A DNA stretch of 63,966 nucleotides, filler included, from Dirinaria sp. TL-2023a (lineage: Eukaryota): assembly GCA_051941275.1 (NCBI GenBank). It is 3 parts of 3 records of this genome, joined end to end, with 100 filler letters (N's around TTAATTAATTAA, not from the genome) between each part and the next. Parts side by side here need not be neighbours in the genome. Positions count along the whole stretch, not along the records: positions 22,000 to 43,840 come from JAVEBF010000244.1; 2 more parts are not named here. One strand, given 5' to 3'. Within the stretch, counting starts at the first letter, position 1, and each line of letters opens with the position of its first letter. Positions 23,740-36,300 of this stretch are shown here, piece by piece. The translations under genes were made by a program, and so were the position numbers. Below the pieces are notes generated by a model. That model made no database searches and was not told the origin of the DNA. It saw only the letters and a list, made by a program, of their open reading frames with translations.

Positions 23740-26361
23740 TCAGGCATACTTCCTCCACCTTAATTGCCATGGAATGATTATGACAGGCAGAACACTCACT
23801 GCCTCTCCGAGCGCCGCGTACTCAGGTGGCAAGCGTGTCTTGATGAATGCGCCAGCGGCGAAAAGAATAGCAAGGACATTGTAGATGATAGCCCAGGTGA
23901 AATTGAAGACAATTTGGCGATGAGCTTTTCGTGAGAGATCGATGAGTGTCAGAATACCCGAAAGACAAGGATTTGCAAGCGCCACGTTTCCTACGCTCCA
24001 CATTGGAGTAGTAGTGGCCATTATATGTAGCCCAATGCTAGCAGAAGCTAGGGCCGCGGCATCGTTGATCCCATCTCCACAGAATAGGACAGTATTTTTG
24101 CCAGATCTCATAAGCTTCTCGACATGATGTCGCTTCTCCAAAGGCGTACACCTTGCTGTGACATCTTTGGGATGGATCCCCAGGTCTGCAGCAATCTTCC
24201 GTACTGCACCGGGCTCATCGCCGCTAAGGATCGAAACAGATATTCCACGATCAACTAAACTTGCCACTACAGTCCTGGCACCGGCTCGTGGGGTAGCTGT
24301 CAATCCGAATGCAGCAATAAGCCGATTAGCCTTTGTCGCACATACAACAGTGAAGTCTTTCGCCAGCAGCATTTTGACAGGTGCAAGATTTTCCACGCCA
24401 AGCCAACGAGCATTGCCAATACGTACGACATCTTCACGACAAGTGCTTTCAAGCCCTTGGCCTACGACTGTCCGACATTTCGCCACAGGTGCACAATCGC
24501 CAACTTTTCCCACTAGGTGCCTGGTGATCGCCACTGAGACAACATGATTAGATGTACTCGTCAGTGAGAGGATCAGCGCAGCAGTCGAGCTCATGGAGTC
24601 AGTGAAATAATCTTCGATCTCCACTTTCAGGCAAGCTTCAGTGAGGGTACCTGTTTTGTCAAAAACGACGTGTGTTACATTTTTGGCGCTCGTCATCGCC
24701 TCCCCAGATTTGAGGAACACACCATGATGTGCTCCTACCCTGCTCGCAACCACCATAACCATGGGCACAGCGAAAGCCATAGCGCATGGACAGGATACCA
24801 CAAGAACAGAGATGGCATAGGGGAGCGCATTCGAGATGGCAGCTCCGCATGGTCTGCGGTAAACCATAATTTCCACCCCAAAACGTACGAATAGAGTGGC
24901 GATGCAAACCACGCTGACCATTGGCACGATCCACCTTGCGATCTGGTCTGCTAGCTGCTGAATTCTGGGTCTCGAAGCGGTGACGCGCTCGACCATTTCT
25001 GCAATTTCCGTAATTGTGTTTGCGCCGGGAAGGCGAGTAACTTCGACTACGACGGTGGAACCGTAGTTCTTCGAACCTGCGATGATTTGCGACCCAGTTT
25101 TTTTGCCCACCGGATTTGCCTCGCCAGTCATTAGTGACTCATCGAATTCCGACTCGCCTGACCTTACTACACCATCGGTAGCAACCAGAGAACCTGGTTT
25201 GACTTCCATCTTGTCTCCTATTTGCAATAGGCGGACATCTATTAACTGATCATCATCGACAGTGCTTGCTAGCTTTGGCTGTAGGGATCTGATGGACGCA
25301 GATTTAGTGGCTCGATCGAAAGCAAAGTCACTTGACAATCGTCCCATCATTATGAAGGTTATCAGTAGAGCACTCGTATCGAAATACAATTCAGACAAAG
25401 GATTGACCGACAGAATCTCACAAACAAAGGATGCCAGGGAGAAGCCGTAGGTTATTGATGTGCTCAAGACAATCAACAAGTCCATATCAATTGTCCAAGC
25501 CAGGAACAAGCTTTTAAAGGCTTTCATATAGAATGGCCCTGCCACCACCACCTGAATTATTGTCGCTAAAGTGAGAGAGATAGCGCCGTAAACGATGCTG
25601 CGTTCTGGCAGCGGTGCCCACGCTAGAACCAGGATCGGGAGCGTCAGCGACACGGATGTAACTGTACGCAAAGCCATCGACCTTATATGTGCCGGTATCT
25701 GAGTTCCAGACCTGCTCGGGGCTAAGTCGACTGGGCTGCCCAAATTCGCTTCTAATGCTTTGAGGAGCTGTCGCGCCCCGATCATCGTTGGATCATATTT
25801 GAAAGAGAACACGCTTCTTTTCGAACGAGTCACGTCCTTGACACCAAGAGGCATTGCACCATGTGTAAGATCTGGGTCAGAACAAGGTAACATTACATCG
25901 AGGTCCAGCCATCCGTTTGCTATTCTTTTACAAGAGCGACCAGATATAATCATAGCGGATTCAATTACGTGACGAATTGAAGATTCTGTAGTGTCAATGT
26001 CGAACTCCGCCTGTAGAAGGACACCATTAAAGTGGAAGTTGTGTATATACGGTAGTGAGAGGAAGGCTTTTGGAATCTTGCCCGTACATCCCGGGCAATT
26101 GGAACCGTCGAACTGAAGGATCACGTGTTCTCGAGAGCTTGGACCTGTTTCGATGTCCTGCGATCTGTGATCGTCTCGGTGCTGCGCACTGCTGGCTTGG
26201 TCTGCTAACTTATTGTAACCAAACATGGGATCGTTCGGAGGTCGGGCCAGATAACCCTCCTGCAGCGCTCTAGGCCTGCCATGACGGAATTCCTTTGGAT
26301 ATTCAGCTGGCTCAATATCCTCGAGACCATGCTGCTGGGTAAAACAGTCCTTCTTGCACAT
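23740..26361 (-). CDS. PCA1: P1B-type heavy-metal-transporting ATPase, PCA1-like (Cd/Cu)
   Basis: HMA-like CPGC, YDP..IGAR, TGEA, VVSCPCA, DKTGTLT, GDGINDA, YN helix and GEAVSVLPV terminal helix. Orthology not established. Confidence 0.85.
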   Translation of the reverse strand: MCKKDCFTQQHGLEDIEPAEYPKEFRHGRPRALQEGYLARPPNDPMFGYNKLADQASSAQHRDDHRSQDIETGPSSREHVILQFDGSNCPGCTGKIPKAFLSLPYIHNFHFNGVLLQAEFDIDTTESSIRHVIESAMIISGRSCKRIANGWLDLDVMLPCSDPDLTHGAMPLGVKDVTRSKRSVFSFKYDPTMIGARQLLKALEANLGSPVDLAPSRSGTQIPAHIRSMALRTVTSVSLTLPILVLAWAPLPERSIVYGAISLTLATIIQVVVAGPFYMKAFKSLFLAWTIDMDLLIVLSTSITYGFSLASFVCEILSVNPLSELYFDTSALLITFIMMGRLSSDFAFDRATKSASIRSLQPKLASTVDDDQLIDVRLLQIGDKMEVKPGSLVATDGVVRSGESEFDESLMTGEANPVGKKTGSQIIAGSKNYGSTVVVEVTRLPGANTITEIAEMVERVTASRPRIQQLADQIARWIVPMVSVVCIATLFVRFGVEIMVYRRPCGAAISNALPYAISVLVVSCPCAMAFAVPMVMVVASRVGAHHGVFLKSGEAMTSAKNVTHVVFDKTGTLTEACLKVEIEDYFTDSMSSTAALILSLTSTSNHVVSVAITRHLVGKVGDCAPVAKCRTVVGQGLESTCREDVVRIGNARWLGVENLAPVKMLLAKDFTVVCATKANRLIAAFGLTATPRAGARTVVASLVDRGISVSILSGDEPGAVRKIAADLGIHPKDVTARCTPLEKRHHVEKLMRSGKNTVLFCGDGINDAAALASASIGLHIMATTTPMWSVGNVALANPCLSGILTLIDLSRKAHRQIVFNFTWAIIYNVLAILFAAGAFIKTRLPPEYAALGEAVSVLPVIIIPWQLRWRKYA

Positions 26362-29131
26362 TCCGAATACGCTGACCTAGAAGAGATCTGTCCCTAAATT
26401 CTGTAGATCCAAACACCTGAAAAGTTTAGAGCTGTTTCGGCTCATATGTAGCGGATCTCGGTCAACACCATAGAAAGAAGAGGGAGATCAGGATTGCATT
26501 ATCGGAAACAAATCACGGAGATCCAAACAAACATTTCCCCACAAACTGGGTCGCATTGACCTGAAGTCCAAGCGTCTGCAAGCTTTCAGTCCAGCCATTG
26601 TGTGAACTTGCTGCCCTTAGCCGTTATGCGCACAGGGACAGCCGCATAAACGATAATTGCATAGCAAATTCCAAAGCGCTAATGCGACTTCCATATGCTA
26701 TGGCCCTTGCCAGAATGTACTGGTCAGGGCAATATCTGCGGAGTATGTGTGGCGGCTCTGTACGTAAAGAGTAAGTCTAATGAGGAATAGCTTGCTTCAA
26801 ATTTCAAGGAGCTCTATCATGATAATTGGGAAGAGATCTTAGCTCAGCGATTAGGTGTCAGGACTCTCAAGCGACCCCGTCAGCTTTGAAGTTGAGTTTT
26901 GCCTGAAATTCTTTCTCGGAATTGCAAAGGAGAAACTCATGCGTTTAGAAAGTCGCTGAATTAGATATAAAATATGCTCGCGGTAGGAGAGCATATGTCA
27001 GAATTATCAACGGTGCAAGGAAATAGAATCATTCTTGCATTTCGCTGAGGGATGGAAGAGCCTCAGAATCCAACGTTGTTCACAGAGAAATCTGCGGGTT
27101 TCTCGGAACGGTCGAGTGGGGCTCGTCTTGACAGGATTTGATGTATCGTCCGGGGATGATGTAGCGTTGAACTGCCCACTGCCAATATCCCGTACTCTGC
27201 TCTCACTCGACTCCTTCTTAATGGCTGTCTCTCTTCGACAAAAGGGTTGAGTTTGATGCTCGAAGAATGAGCCCGCAAAATGCTATACCGTGATGGCGGT
27301 TGAGTAATCAAATGCCATCTTTTGTCTTTTCCTCCTCCATCTACCTTGATCTCGCCCACGCCTTTACATATGGCCGATATCTTTGACGCTGCTGTGGCAT
27401 CTGTTCAATAATGGAATCGACTGTTGAAGGTCTGGAGGAGGCTGCTGACGCAATAGCCAGCGCTACCACATAGAAGCGCGCATGACAAATGATGGCCCAA
27501 TTAGCTTTATCTGCGGCTTTTTGCTAGTGTCCTACCAGCCCTGAGAAAGTCCAGACGTCAGTCAGAAACCACTTGTTCCATCTTCGCCACCGATTTTCGT
27601 GTTCAACAGCAAAGCTCCCATTGGCAACGTAGTCTTGATACGCATATCTAGCGTTTGATATGGCAACCCTCAGTCACATGATGGCCGGACAGAGTCGTTC
27701 TTTTCGTACGTAGAAGAGCAAAATACCACCACTACTTCAGCTCCAAGAGGTCAGTCTTCTCCAGAAGTCCAAGGTTTCGCCAGTGCTTTATATCAAGAAC
27801 TCTAAAGATCACTCGCCGAACCCTTTCCAACGTATGCTGAGCCTACAACAGCTTGCGAGGCCCATTGTGGCGTCCCTCTCATGACGGTCGGAGCAGACGA
27901 TATACCGCCGCCTCATGAAAATTTCATTCGGTCAAGAAGTTACATTTATTGACGCTTTCTTATTCTTTGCCATGGCGAGCATTCTTGAAGAAGTCTGGCC
28001 ACGCTGTATGACAATACATTTTCGCGTGCTCGCTGCTTCGCATGTAATACATGTTTAGCTAACATATTAGCTATGAGTTCTGTCAGATTAGAAGAGTTCT
28101 TGAAGGGAGGCTTGGCGATGTGCATGACCTTTTCGGAGCGATGCTGATCTGTGTGGCAATTTTGTGATGATATTGGATCTTGGGAGGGATCTCTTTTCGC
28201 GACTCGCTGATGATTACCTATCCTCCCTGCTCAGCGTGGAGTCCATGCCAATACTGAAACGCTATCGCAAATCGCTAGGGAGATTATTCTAAGGGAAAGA
28301 GACTTCCATCTACCGCCAGCCAATCGGTATAGATCGGATGATCTTCGCGGATGCGCCAGATCAAATCCCTGTACTCTACGGAATACCGTGCACGAGTACG
28401 GATTCGTAGGAGTACTTCGCGCCTCATTTCGACGTATGCACGGACCCTTGGTACAGCTCTACGGAGTACGGCAAAGTGCTATGTATGATACGGAGTACTG
28501 CACAGATCACTGAATTTGCTCAAATACTTGAATGTATCGGTCTGCTTCCATGTACTACGGGCATAAGCGCAAGAAACAATGACCTCACCCTTTGCGCTAC
28601 GCTTCCCATGAACCAGCACAACTCTGGAAACTTACCCAACATACTGAACAAAATGCTTCTACCTTATTTGCCCGCCACCTGCGTTATCTTACACAGCATT
28701 GTCATCGAGGCATATGGCCTCGCTCTTTCCCAGACTGTTCAAACCAAGTTGGTCAGAGGTCCAGTGTTCACTTCAGAAAATCCGGGACTCCGAGAGCGAA
28801 GTTGGCAGGCCGACTCCGTACTTCCTAGCACCATGGATCTTGCCACACTTCTCGTCTTCTAGAAGATCAGAGCTTCCAAAGTCTTGTCAGATATTGCTTC
28901 TAGCATACTCGAGAAGCCTGCTGCACTCGTACTCGCTCCAGCATCAATTCGAACCAGATTCACAGAACTTGGTGGGATGGCGCTTCTGTTCTGTACTACA
29001 TGTTCTAGCTTGCCGCTCGTATGTCGGCGTATGCAAGTCCGGCATTCCTGCTACTTATGTCGTAGCGGCCATGGGAATTTCTCCCAGCATCGCTCACTAC
29101 TTCACTCTTGTGGCGTCCTCCTGCCAGCGGA

Positions 29132-31589
29132 TTATACGTTTTCCCACAGGAAGTCCTCCGGTTTGGACGGTCTCAATATCTGCGTCATCGCAGCTTGACA
29201 GATCTCAACCAAATTATCGCTGACGAATGATTGGATCGCCTGATCGGTGTTCTCGCATCGATCTGCCGCAGATAGTATGGCATCCGTGAAACACAGGCAC
29301 TTTTGGCCAGCGCGTGCCCCATCGCCATGGAACCTGTTGCTGATGAGGTCGACCGTGCGGACAATGGCTAAGTAGACCTTACAAAGGTCTACCCTGGCAA
29401 CCGGGAAGGGTCCCCGGAACTCGCTCAGGACGGCCCTTTGAAGGCAGCCAAAGCGATCTCGGGGGTTCCAGTGAGAGTATCTGTCCTCTGACTGAGCTTG
29501 GTGGGAGCATGATCTCCACGCTTTCTTGGTCGCGAAGGCCGGTTTGTCTTGGCTATTGTTGACGCTGTGCGCGTGTTTCCAGGCGGCGTCGTCAAGTTGA
29601 TAGTTTTTCGCCTTGATGGAATGGAAGAAAGACACCTTTTGATAGTCGAATCGAGGGTCTTTGACTTCCCCTCGAGAGCCAAATCCAGCCGTTGCCTTAG
29701 CGGTATGAGCCGGGATTGCCATAGAGTGACAACCTGATCGGTGACTCGACTTCTGGCCGTTAAAACGTAATCGACCACCCATGTACCTGAGGTAGCAATT
29801 CTTGAAGTTGCTGGAAGGACGTCCCCCAGGAAAAATTATATCGCCAAAACTACAACAAATGCTCTCCAATATTGGTATTGGCGTTGTGTCTGTAAGACAT
29901 AACATGATGTTATAAACATGCACGACCGCACCCACGTAATGTCGGTAGCTAAATAGCCGGAGGCCATAGTAGAAGAGAGCTTCGAGCACTTCGAGGATAT
30001 GTGCACCAGCAACCCAGGGCGACTGAAGGTAGATATCGAAACCTTTGGTCTGCAGATAGGCTTGAAGGTCGCCATGCAGATTCTCCAGGTGGAATGCTAA
30101 GGTCCCATGGCATATGCAAGGCATCGTGGAATCGTCCAGAACCGCGCGGATGCTTGTCATAGCTTCTTGTGCAAACTTCAGTGCCTTGAGTCGACAGCTG
30201 AGTGGCTGAGCACCTTTTTCAGAGGTACGCAGAAAGGTCTCGTGGGCTTCCAGAAGCAGTCGCAGGCCATAGGAGCAACGCAAATCATTGGAAGCTTCCT
30301 GGTCGTGAGTCAGGAAATATCCTACTTCAGCGAGCACTGGCGTGCTTGTACGAATAATCCTAGCACACTGGCAGGTGCATCGGATGTGGTGTCCAATACT
30401 CTGAAGCATTACACTGAGGATCTCGCCATCCGTCAGATTTGCATTGATTGCGTACGGAAGCACTATCTTCGAAGCTAGCCGAGGAACTGATGCGCCTGCA
30501 TCAGGCTTTTTTGTTCGGCTGCCGGCCTTCATCTCACGGAGTTGATTTGAGGCCCGGCACAAGCGCTCGATGAATATCATCAGCGACGACCCCACAGGAT
30601 CTACACCTCCAGAGGGACTTTTAAAGTCCGGCTCTATTTGCAGGAGCTTCTCTCGAAGGATCTGGGGATCCAGTAAGACACAAAGGCTTTTGAGTCGCTG
30701 CTCGAGTTCTTCAAAAGCTGCAAATACTGCATTGGCCAGCAGTGCTGCAACTACAAGCGGTATATCACCTCGTACTGCTTCCACCCAAGCATCGGTCGCC
30801 GCAGCCAGCGAATCATTCGCATCCTAGTTGAAAATACATCAGCGACTGCATGGCTTGCTCGCTGTGCTCTCTGTACCTGTACATCCTTTCGTAATCCGAA
30901 GACCTCGCTCAATGTATCATTTATAAGCCGTGGCAACTGTTTACTTGCCATATTCTTTGCATTTTCCTTGGGTGTAACATGCTCAGACCGTTGTTCCCTG
31001 TGCCGCTCAATTTCCGAGGAGTCATCGCCATGGGTGGTGTTTAACGAGAGCCGTTTGAACCGGTTTTCGGCAATATTAAGTTGCAGTGCGGAGCTTCGAT
31101 CTGGTCTCTTGTATTGACTTTTGGGCCCGTGGCAGTATTTGCAAAGGTTGGTGTAGATCTCCGTTAGGCTATACCCTCGGTATTGTGTGAGCCACCGTTA
31201 AGGGATGGAAGCTCCGTCTTGGTAACCTACCTCCTCGTAAAATATTCATGGTTGCAAGTTTCCTGCTGGCCATCTTGACTCCGGGAGCAAGTTGCTCGGA
31301 AATATTCACTCATCTGCGTTCGAGCGGCGATCGCTTCTCTGAATTGGAAGTCAATTGTGTCAGGCATAGGTACAGCTTTCTTTTGCGCTATTTCGGCGAG
31401 ACCTAGAAGATCTCTTATCGAAAGCGTTTGGAGACGCCTGTACTCTTGCGAACCGTGGCTGACAAGCCATGCGACAATTGCTCTCGTGTCCTGTTTATAT
31501 CGGACATAGACTGTGAGAAGGCTCGAGGGAATGCGATCCTTGACCACGCCGGGATCAGAACAGGATAGCATGACCGGCTTCCTCAACAT
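29132..31589 (-). CDS. DUF6604-like uncharacterised protein; 3 exons (introns 31230-31169 and about 30877-30824)
   Basis: N-terminal YVRYKQDTRAIVAWL...REAIAAR...HEYF matches my recollection of the DUF6604 pattern; splicing joins the 120-, 66- and 550-aa track ORFs without stops. Confidence 0.75.
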
Positions 31590-31771
31590 GTAATACTACA
31601 CAAGACAATAGGGAGTTCCTGGACCAAGCCGTCGAATTCTTGCAGAGGATCAACACCAAGGTATCTGGTATTTGCATCATCTGCCTAAGACTGTCGAGTA
31701 CGGAAACGCAAGTGATTAGGTGAGGCGCATGAGCATGGTGGCATGTCGCTTAAAGCCTTGAAGAACACTTT

Positions 31772-31784
31772 GAGGACCTTGAAC
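31772..31784 (-). promoter_or_regulatory. Putative ZafA/Zap1-type zinc-response motif upstream of the DUF6604-like gene
   Basis: GTTCAAGGTCCTC on the minus strand, a 13/13 match to the site at 33797-33809; second CAAGGT core at 31657-31662. Confidence 0.5.
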
Positions 31785-32207
31785 CACGATTACGACATGA
31801 AGCCAGGCGACTTTGAAGGCATGTACATGTGCCAGAGGAACACTCGGAACCTACAATACTGTACTTTTATATGAGAACTAGGAGGTAGTAGAATCCGGCT
31901 TTCGCACGATCTGAGCATCGCATATTGTTTGGTAGATGTCGCTTCCTACTGATCATTGCTCAAATCTATTAATATCTCAGGTTCGCACCCATGCTGCCTC
32001 GAAGGGAGGTGCGATATCGGTATCGTACATGAAGGGCTGGATGCATCGAAGCAGATACAGACTCCCAGCCATGTCCAATTCACCTTTTGATCGATGTCTG
32101 GCATAGACTATTCTCCAGTATAACATGACGTTAGCTGTCTTGCAGAGTGTTGTCTAGCTTTCGATTGTAGAAACACGTGAGAAGCGTCAAAGCCGACACC
32201 AGGATCC

Positions 32208-33473
32208 TTACGCCCACTTCCCAAGTAACGCCATAAGTCCAGCCCCGAGGAACACACAGACAAGCATGAAAGTCAGCTGCCGATTGTTGTTTGTCCGTCG
32301 TGGATTGAAGAGAAAGTCGCGCGCAAGCAGCTCAACCAAACCTGTATAGATGAGTATACCAGCGGAAATGGCATCTAGTACACCTGAAACGACGTTGGCA
32401 GTGAAAGAGCCAGGATTGTAGGTAGTGCGCACGCCCAATCCGATAGCGATGGCGATTGGTGTAGTCAAACCATATGCGCCACATAGAGTCCATGGCATCC
32501 AACTCCTGGCTGGCTTGAACGGGATAGCTGACATTCGAGCGCCAATCCCAAGACCCTCGAAGGACTGATGGAAGACGAGGACCGGGTAAAGAGTGTTAAA
32601 CTCATCACCCGCGACTCCTAGGTTGAGCCCGATGATTACTGAGTGGAAGATGACGCCAAATTCCAAGATGAGGAAGGCGCTAATTTGCTGCTTGAAAAGC
32701 ATCTCGGCGGCTTCGTCATCGTGGGAGATTGACTCTTGATAGTCAGGTGCGAATTTTTCGACGACGCTGAGACGACGCGAGGTGGGTACACCTTCTTTGC
32801 CTTGGGAACGAAGGCCCCCGTGCTCTCCATCCGAGTCATCATTCCTCGGGCTGCCAGTCACAGCCGCTTGGATGTCCTGTTCGCTAGCAATGCCGTACTT
32901 GGTCTCGACATAGCGCTCGGCCCCGAAGTCCATCAAGAAGATCACAGACACAGACGTGAGTACGATGGCGGGACACCACGAGTAGTCAGCCCACCCTCCA
33001 GTCATACCAACACATGTCTGAGGCCCGATCTCACCATAGGCGGGATCGAGAAGGTGAATAAAGGCGGTGGCTACAATTACCCCGGCTCCGAAGTACCTGG
33101 CGAAGAGGTAGACGTACAGGGGAATGCGGCTAATCACAGGTTTAGTCTCTTTCTGCAAAGGACTATGGAGTGTGCCACGCGGTGCGAGCCTTGACACACA
33201 AGGAAGACAACCTATCCGCGCAGTCTACAGGGGATCGGGAAGACGATGCTCGAGGATTACTTACAGCCGCGGCATTCGTTGCGCGAGGACCGGGAAGAAT
33301 GTTGCAGCGGAAGATGCGATCAGGATGACGAAAAGTGCCGAGATGCGGGCTCCCAGACGGCCATCATATTCGTTTCCCCCAGCGTTCAAAGCGCAGATGA
33401 CTTGGGCCGGGTCGGCACTGCTGAGATTGACGTTGGTGGGGTCGAATTGCGTGCCGACGTCGCTGGTAGACAT
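32208..33473 (-). CDS. ZRT1: ZIP-family zinc uptake transporter (Zrt1/Zrt2, ZrfA/B-like); intron 33264-33130
   Basis: YDGRLGARISALFVIL, ARYFGAGVIVATAFIHLL, ILEFGVIFHSVIIG, FHQSFEGLGIG, DAISAGILIYTGLVELL, MALLGKWA. Confidence 0.95.
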
Positions 33474-33723
33474 GACAAGAAGTCAGGATGGTGGCGGGAG
33501 ATTTGAAGAAGCGATCAGAATGCGCCGGGAGGATGAGTGAGTACCTAAGGTCAGGTACCAAGGTAAGGTGTGAGTTGGAATGGGCAGCTGCAGGAAATAT
33601 TGGCATTTCTTCAGCGCATGTGGTTCGAGCTGGGGTTTTACCTTTATAAGTGGAAAGGGGTCCTCCAGGTGGGTGGGTGTCCTGTACCGGTAGTCGTAGG
33701 TAGGCTGACGGGGGCTTGATTGG

Positions 33724-33809
33724 GAGGACCTTGAGCGGGCAGCCGACGGGGATATACTTTACCTTATTGAGATCCCAACGAAGCCCAGAAGCTGCCGTTC
33801 AAGGTCCTC
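33724..33809. promoter_or_regulatory. Inverted pair of zinc-response-like motifs CCGYTCAAGGTCCTC upstream of the ZIP gene
   Basis: 33724-33738 (minus) and 33795-33809 (plus) differ at one position and contain the CAAGGT core known for Aspergillus ZafA sites; TATAAA on the minus strand near 33643-33648. Confidence 0.7.
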
Positions 33810-35469
33810 ATTCTTTCTCTGCCACCAGTCAGAATCCCGCAACACTTCCAAGCCCATGTTTCTTATGCAATCAAGAGTGCGCCCATGTGGCACACCAGCA
33901 GCTGATGGTGGGTCTCGTCAATCCTTTACCGGCCAGATGAGTACATGCCGTTGTATAGTGGTGCTTGAGCAAGCATCGTAAAGTATGTACTTACTCGTAT
34001 GGTTGGCAGGCGAGGCAGGCATCTCCGAGCCTCGTCTCCCCAAATTATTCATGAACCCGAACATAGCCTGGGCGGCAGGCAACGAGGCAACGTACCTAAA
34101 ATCCCCCCCTCCAAAAAGAGCCGTTAAACCCAATCTTCACCTCCAACTTGACTCCATGCACATGATACATCTCTGCTGCGGGTAATTGGGTGTATGCCAA
34201 GAACTGCGTCGTCCAGATACACCCAGGAGGGGCTTTGGTGACCGCCGGTGCCCTCTAGGTGCAAATCGTCTCGTTGCGGGCTACAATCTTCGGTTGCCTC
34301 CCGGGTAACTCCAGGTACACTTGGCTGCACTAGTGGCGATGATCGCGCTAGCTAGGGACTTACCGTAAGTAGGCTTGACCGTCCGTCCGACGGGTCCGTA
34401 CTTACAATAATTATTATTTTTATTACCCGACTCTTTAGGTACTCTGCCTTATTACCTAGCTCTTAGTACTCGTACAGACTTCTTTTCGCCATCTCGTCTC
34501 CCCCCACACCAGCAACTATAGATTTGTACCCCGTGCCGAAGTTACATAATTACTCTCTATAGTTATGGTTCACCGTTGCCTTGCCGTTCGGAGAGACAAG
34601 ATGGGACTCGGACAAAGAGATTCTGTCTGGTCAGCACGGAACGTTTTGTCGTCTGAAGGCGCATAATATTATGAGCCTCGGTTTCACCACGATCTGCGTC
34701 AGAACCAACTGGTCTTTTTCTTATCGCAAAGCGTAGGCAAGCTCCTAGCCACGTCTTCATCCATTAGCACTAGACGAGCCTTTGGGGTCTCTTTGACTTG
34801 CTGAATTGACACTATCGCCGCCACAGACTACGCATTTTCCAGACCATGCTCTGAATATGCTGGAAGTAATCCTTGGGCTTCCAGTTTTAGCACTACTCCG
34901 CAGGGAAGACTGCCTATTTTCCAAACCAGCGAGATCGAATCGCTGTAATCGGATAAGTTGGTCCTCAACAATCATGTTGTTCCCCAAGGGCCGTATCTCC
35001 CGTCTGCAGAGAAAATCCCTAGCAGACTGTTTGCGCAGATTAGTTAAATCTCTTTCCATTCAGTGCGAAAGGAAGAGTGCAAATTAGAAAAGCTCTCCTG
35101 CTACTATAGACATCCCTCGAAAACCTGCAATGGGGTGCTCAGTCGTTTCGTTCCTCAAAGATAAACGAGTAATATTACTGTACAGACTGGTTCTTGAGGC
35201 TAAGGAAGTGCTCTTGGCCCTGTGTGAACATGTCTGCTAGGACTAGCTGTAATTTGCCTCAAGAGGGGCTTTTTGGGGGGGTGGAAGGATGTTTCGATGG
35301 TACAAAAGAGCCAATGAGCAAGCAATGAGATACCCAGACTTTCATGGTTAAAAGTGGTGAGAATGGGATATCTCGGAAAGTAGAGCTGCGGCCGCCATGG
35401 GAACAAACTTAGAGCAGGCCTTTTTGACACGGGAGGCAGTCTGGTCTATCTTCGTATAGAAGCGTGTCT

Positions 35470-36300
35470 TCATGCACTTCGATTGAAATCAGCCTCAACC
35501 GCATCCGCCATATCTGCCATGGACGAGAATTGCCAAGTAAAGGCCAGTTTATCCTGTAGCCCATCAAAAACCTCTGGCCCTGCATCGGCATCATCACGAG
35601 CAATCCACGCGCTGGTTATTTGCATGTCTTTCGCCGGACAGTGATCGCTTTTCAGTCCATGCGCTGTCATCAGTAGTCGATCCTTGCCGATACCCAACTC
35701 CGAGTCCACATGTTTGACGAGGTAGTGGAAATTGTTCAGATCCGGCTTAAAGGACCCTATTTCCTCGGCGGTATAGACAGCCTCAAATTTTACTCCGGAT
35801 AAGGGGCCTGAGAGTACCCGAGTAAAGCTTCTGAGGTCTGTATTCGACAGAATAACGAGCTTGAAATACTTCTGAAGCCGTTTCAAAGCGTCGACTGTGT
35901 CTGGAAAAGCGGGCCATGCTGGCACAGTGGCTCCAAAGGCATCTGCTTCAGCTTGTTCCGGGGTCGGAAGTGAGAGCTTTTCAGCAAGTTTTAGATACGC
36001 CTCCGCGAGTAAGATTGAGTGCTTGACATTAGGCTTTGTTTTCGTAAGAGACTCTTCGATCGAGGTGAAGAGGCTGATGATTTTGCTACGGTCGTGCTTG
36101 AGGGGGCTGGCAGGATCGAGCCGATCGAGCAAGGGCCCGAGACCTTTGTAAACGCCAGCTATATGGCGAAGTCAGGCTTCTGAGTCGCAGAGCCAATGTC
36201 TGCTGTTACCTTGATCGTCTACTAGTGTGCCGAAGCAATCAAAGGCGAGACATGCAAAATCTCTGAGGTTTTTTGGGTCATCTGACCTAATTTTGACCAT
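35470..36300 (-). CDS. HAD-superfamily hydrolase (haloacid dehalogenase type II-like), 2 exons
   Basis: Exon 1 gives motif I FDCFGTLVD; then WPAFPDTVDAL, LVILSN, YTAEEIGSFKPD, SDHCPAK. Confidence 0.9.

Noticed and set aside
26400..29130. Short ORFs at 27063-27359, 28476-28862, 28699-29223 and 28884-29198
   Set aside because: No recognisable motifs or coherent splice pattern; a decayed gene is possible but unsupported.
22000..34000. Starship-type giant element carrying metal genes
   Set aside because: No tyrosine recombinase captain gene or element boundary is visible; it cannot be excluded beyond the gap.
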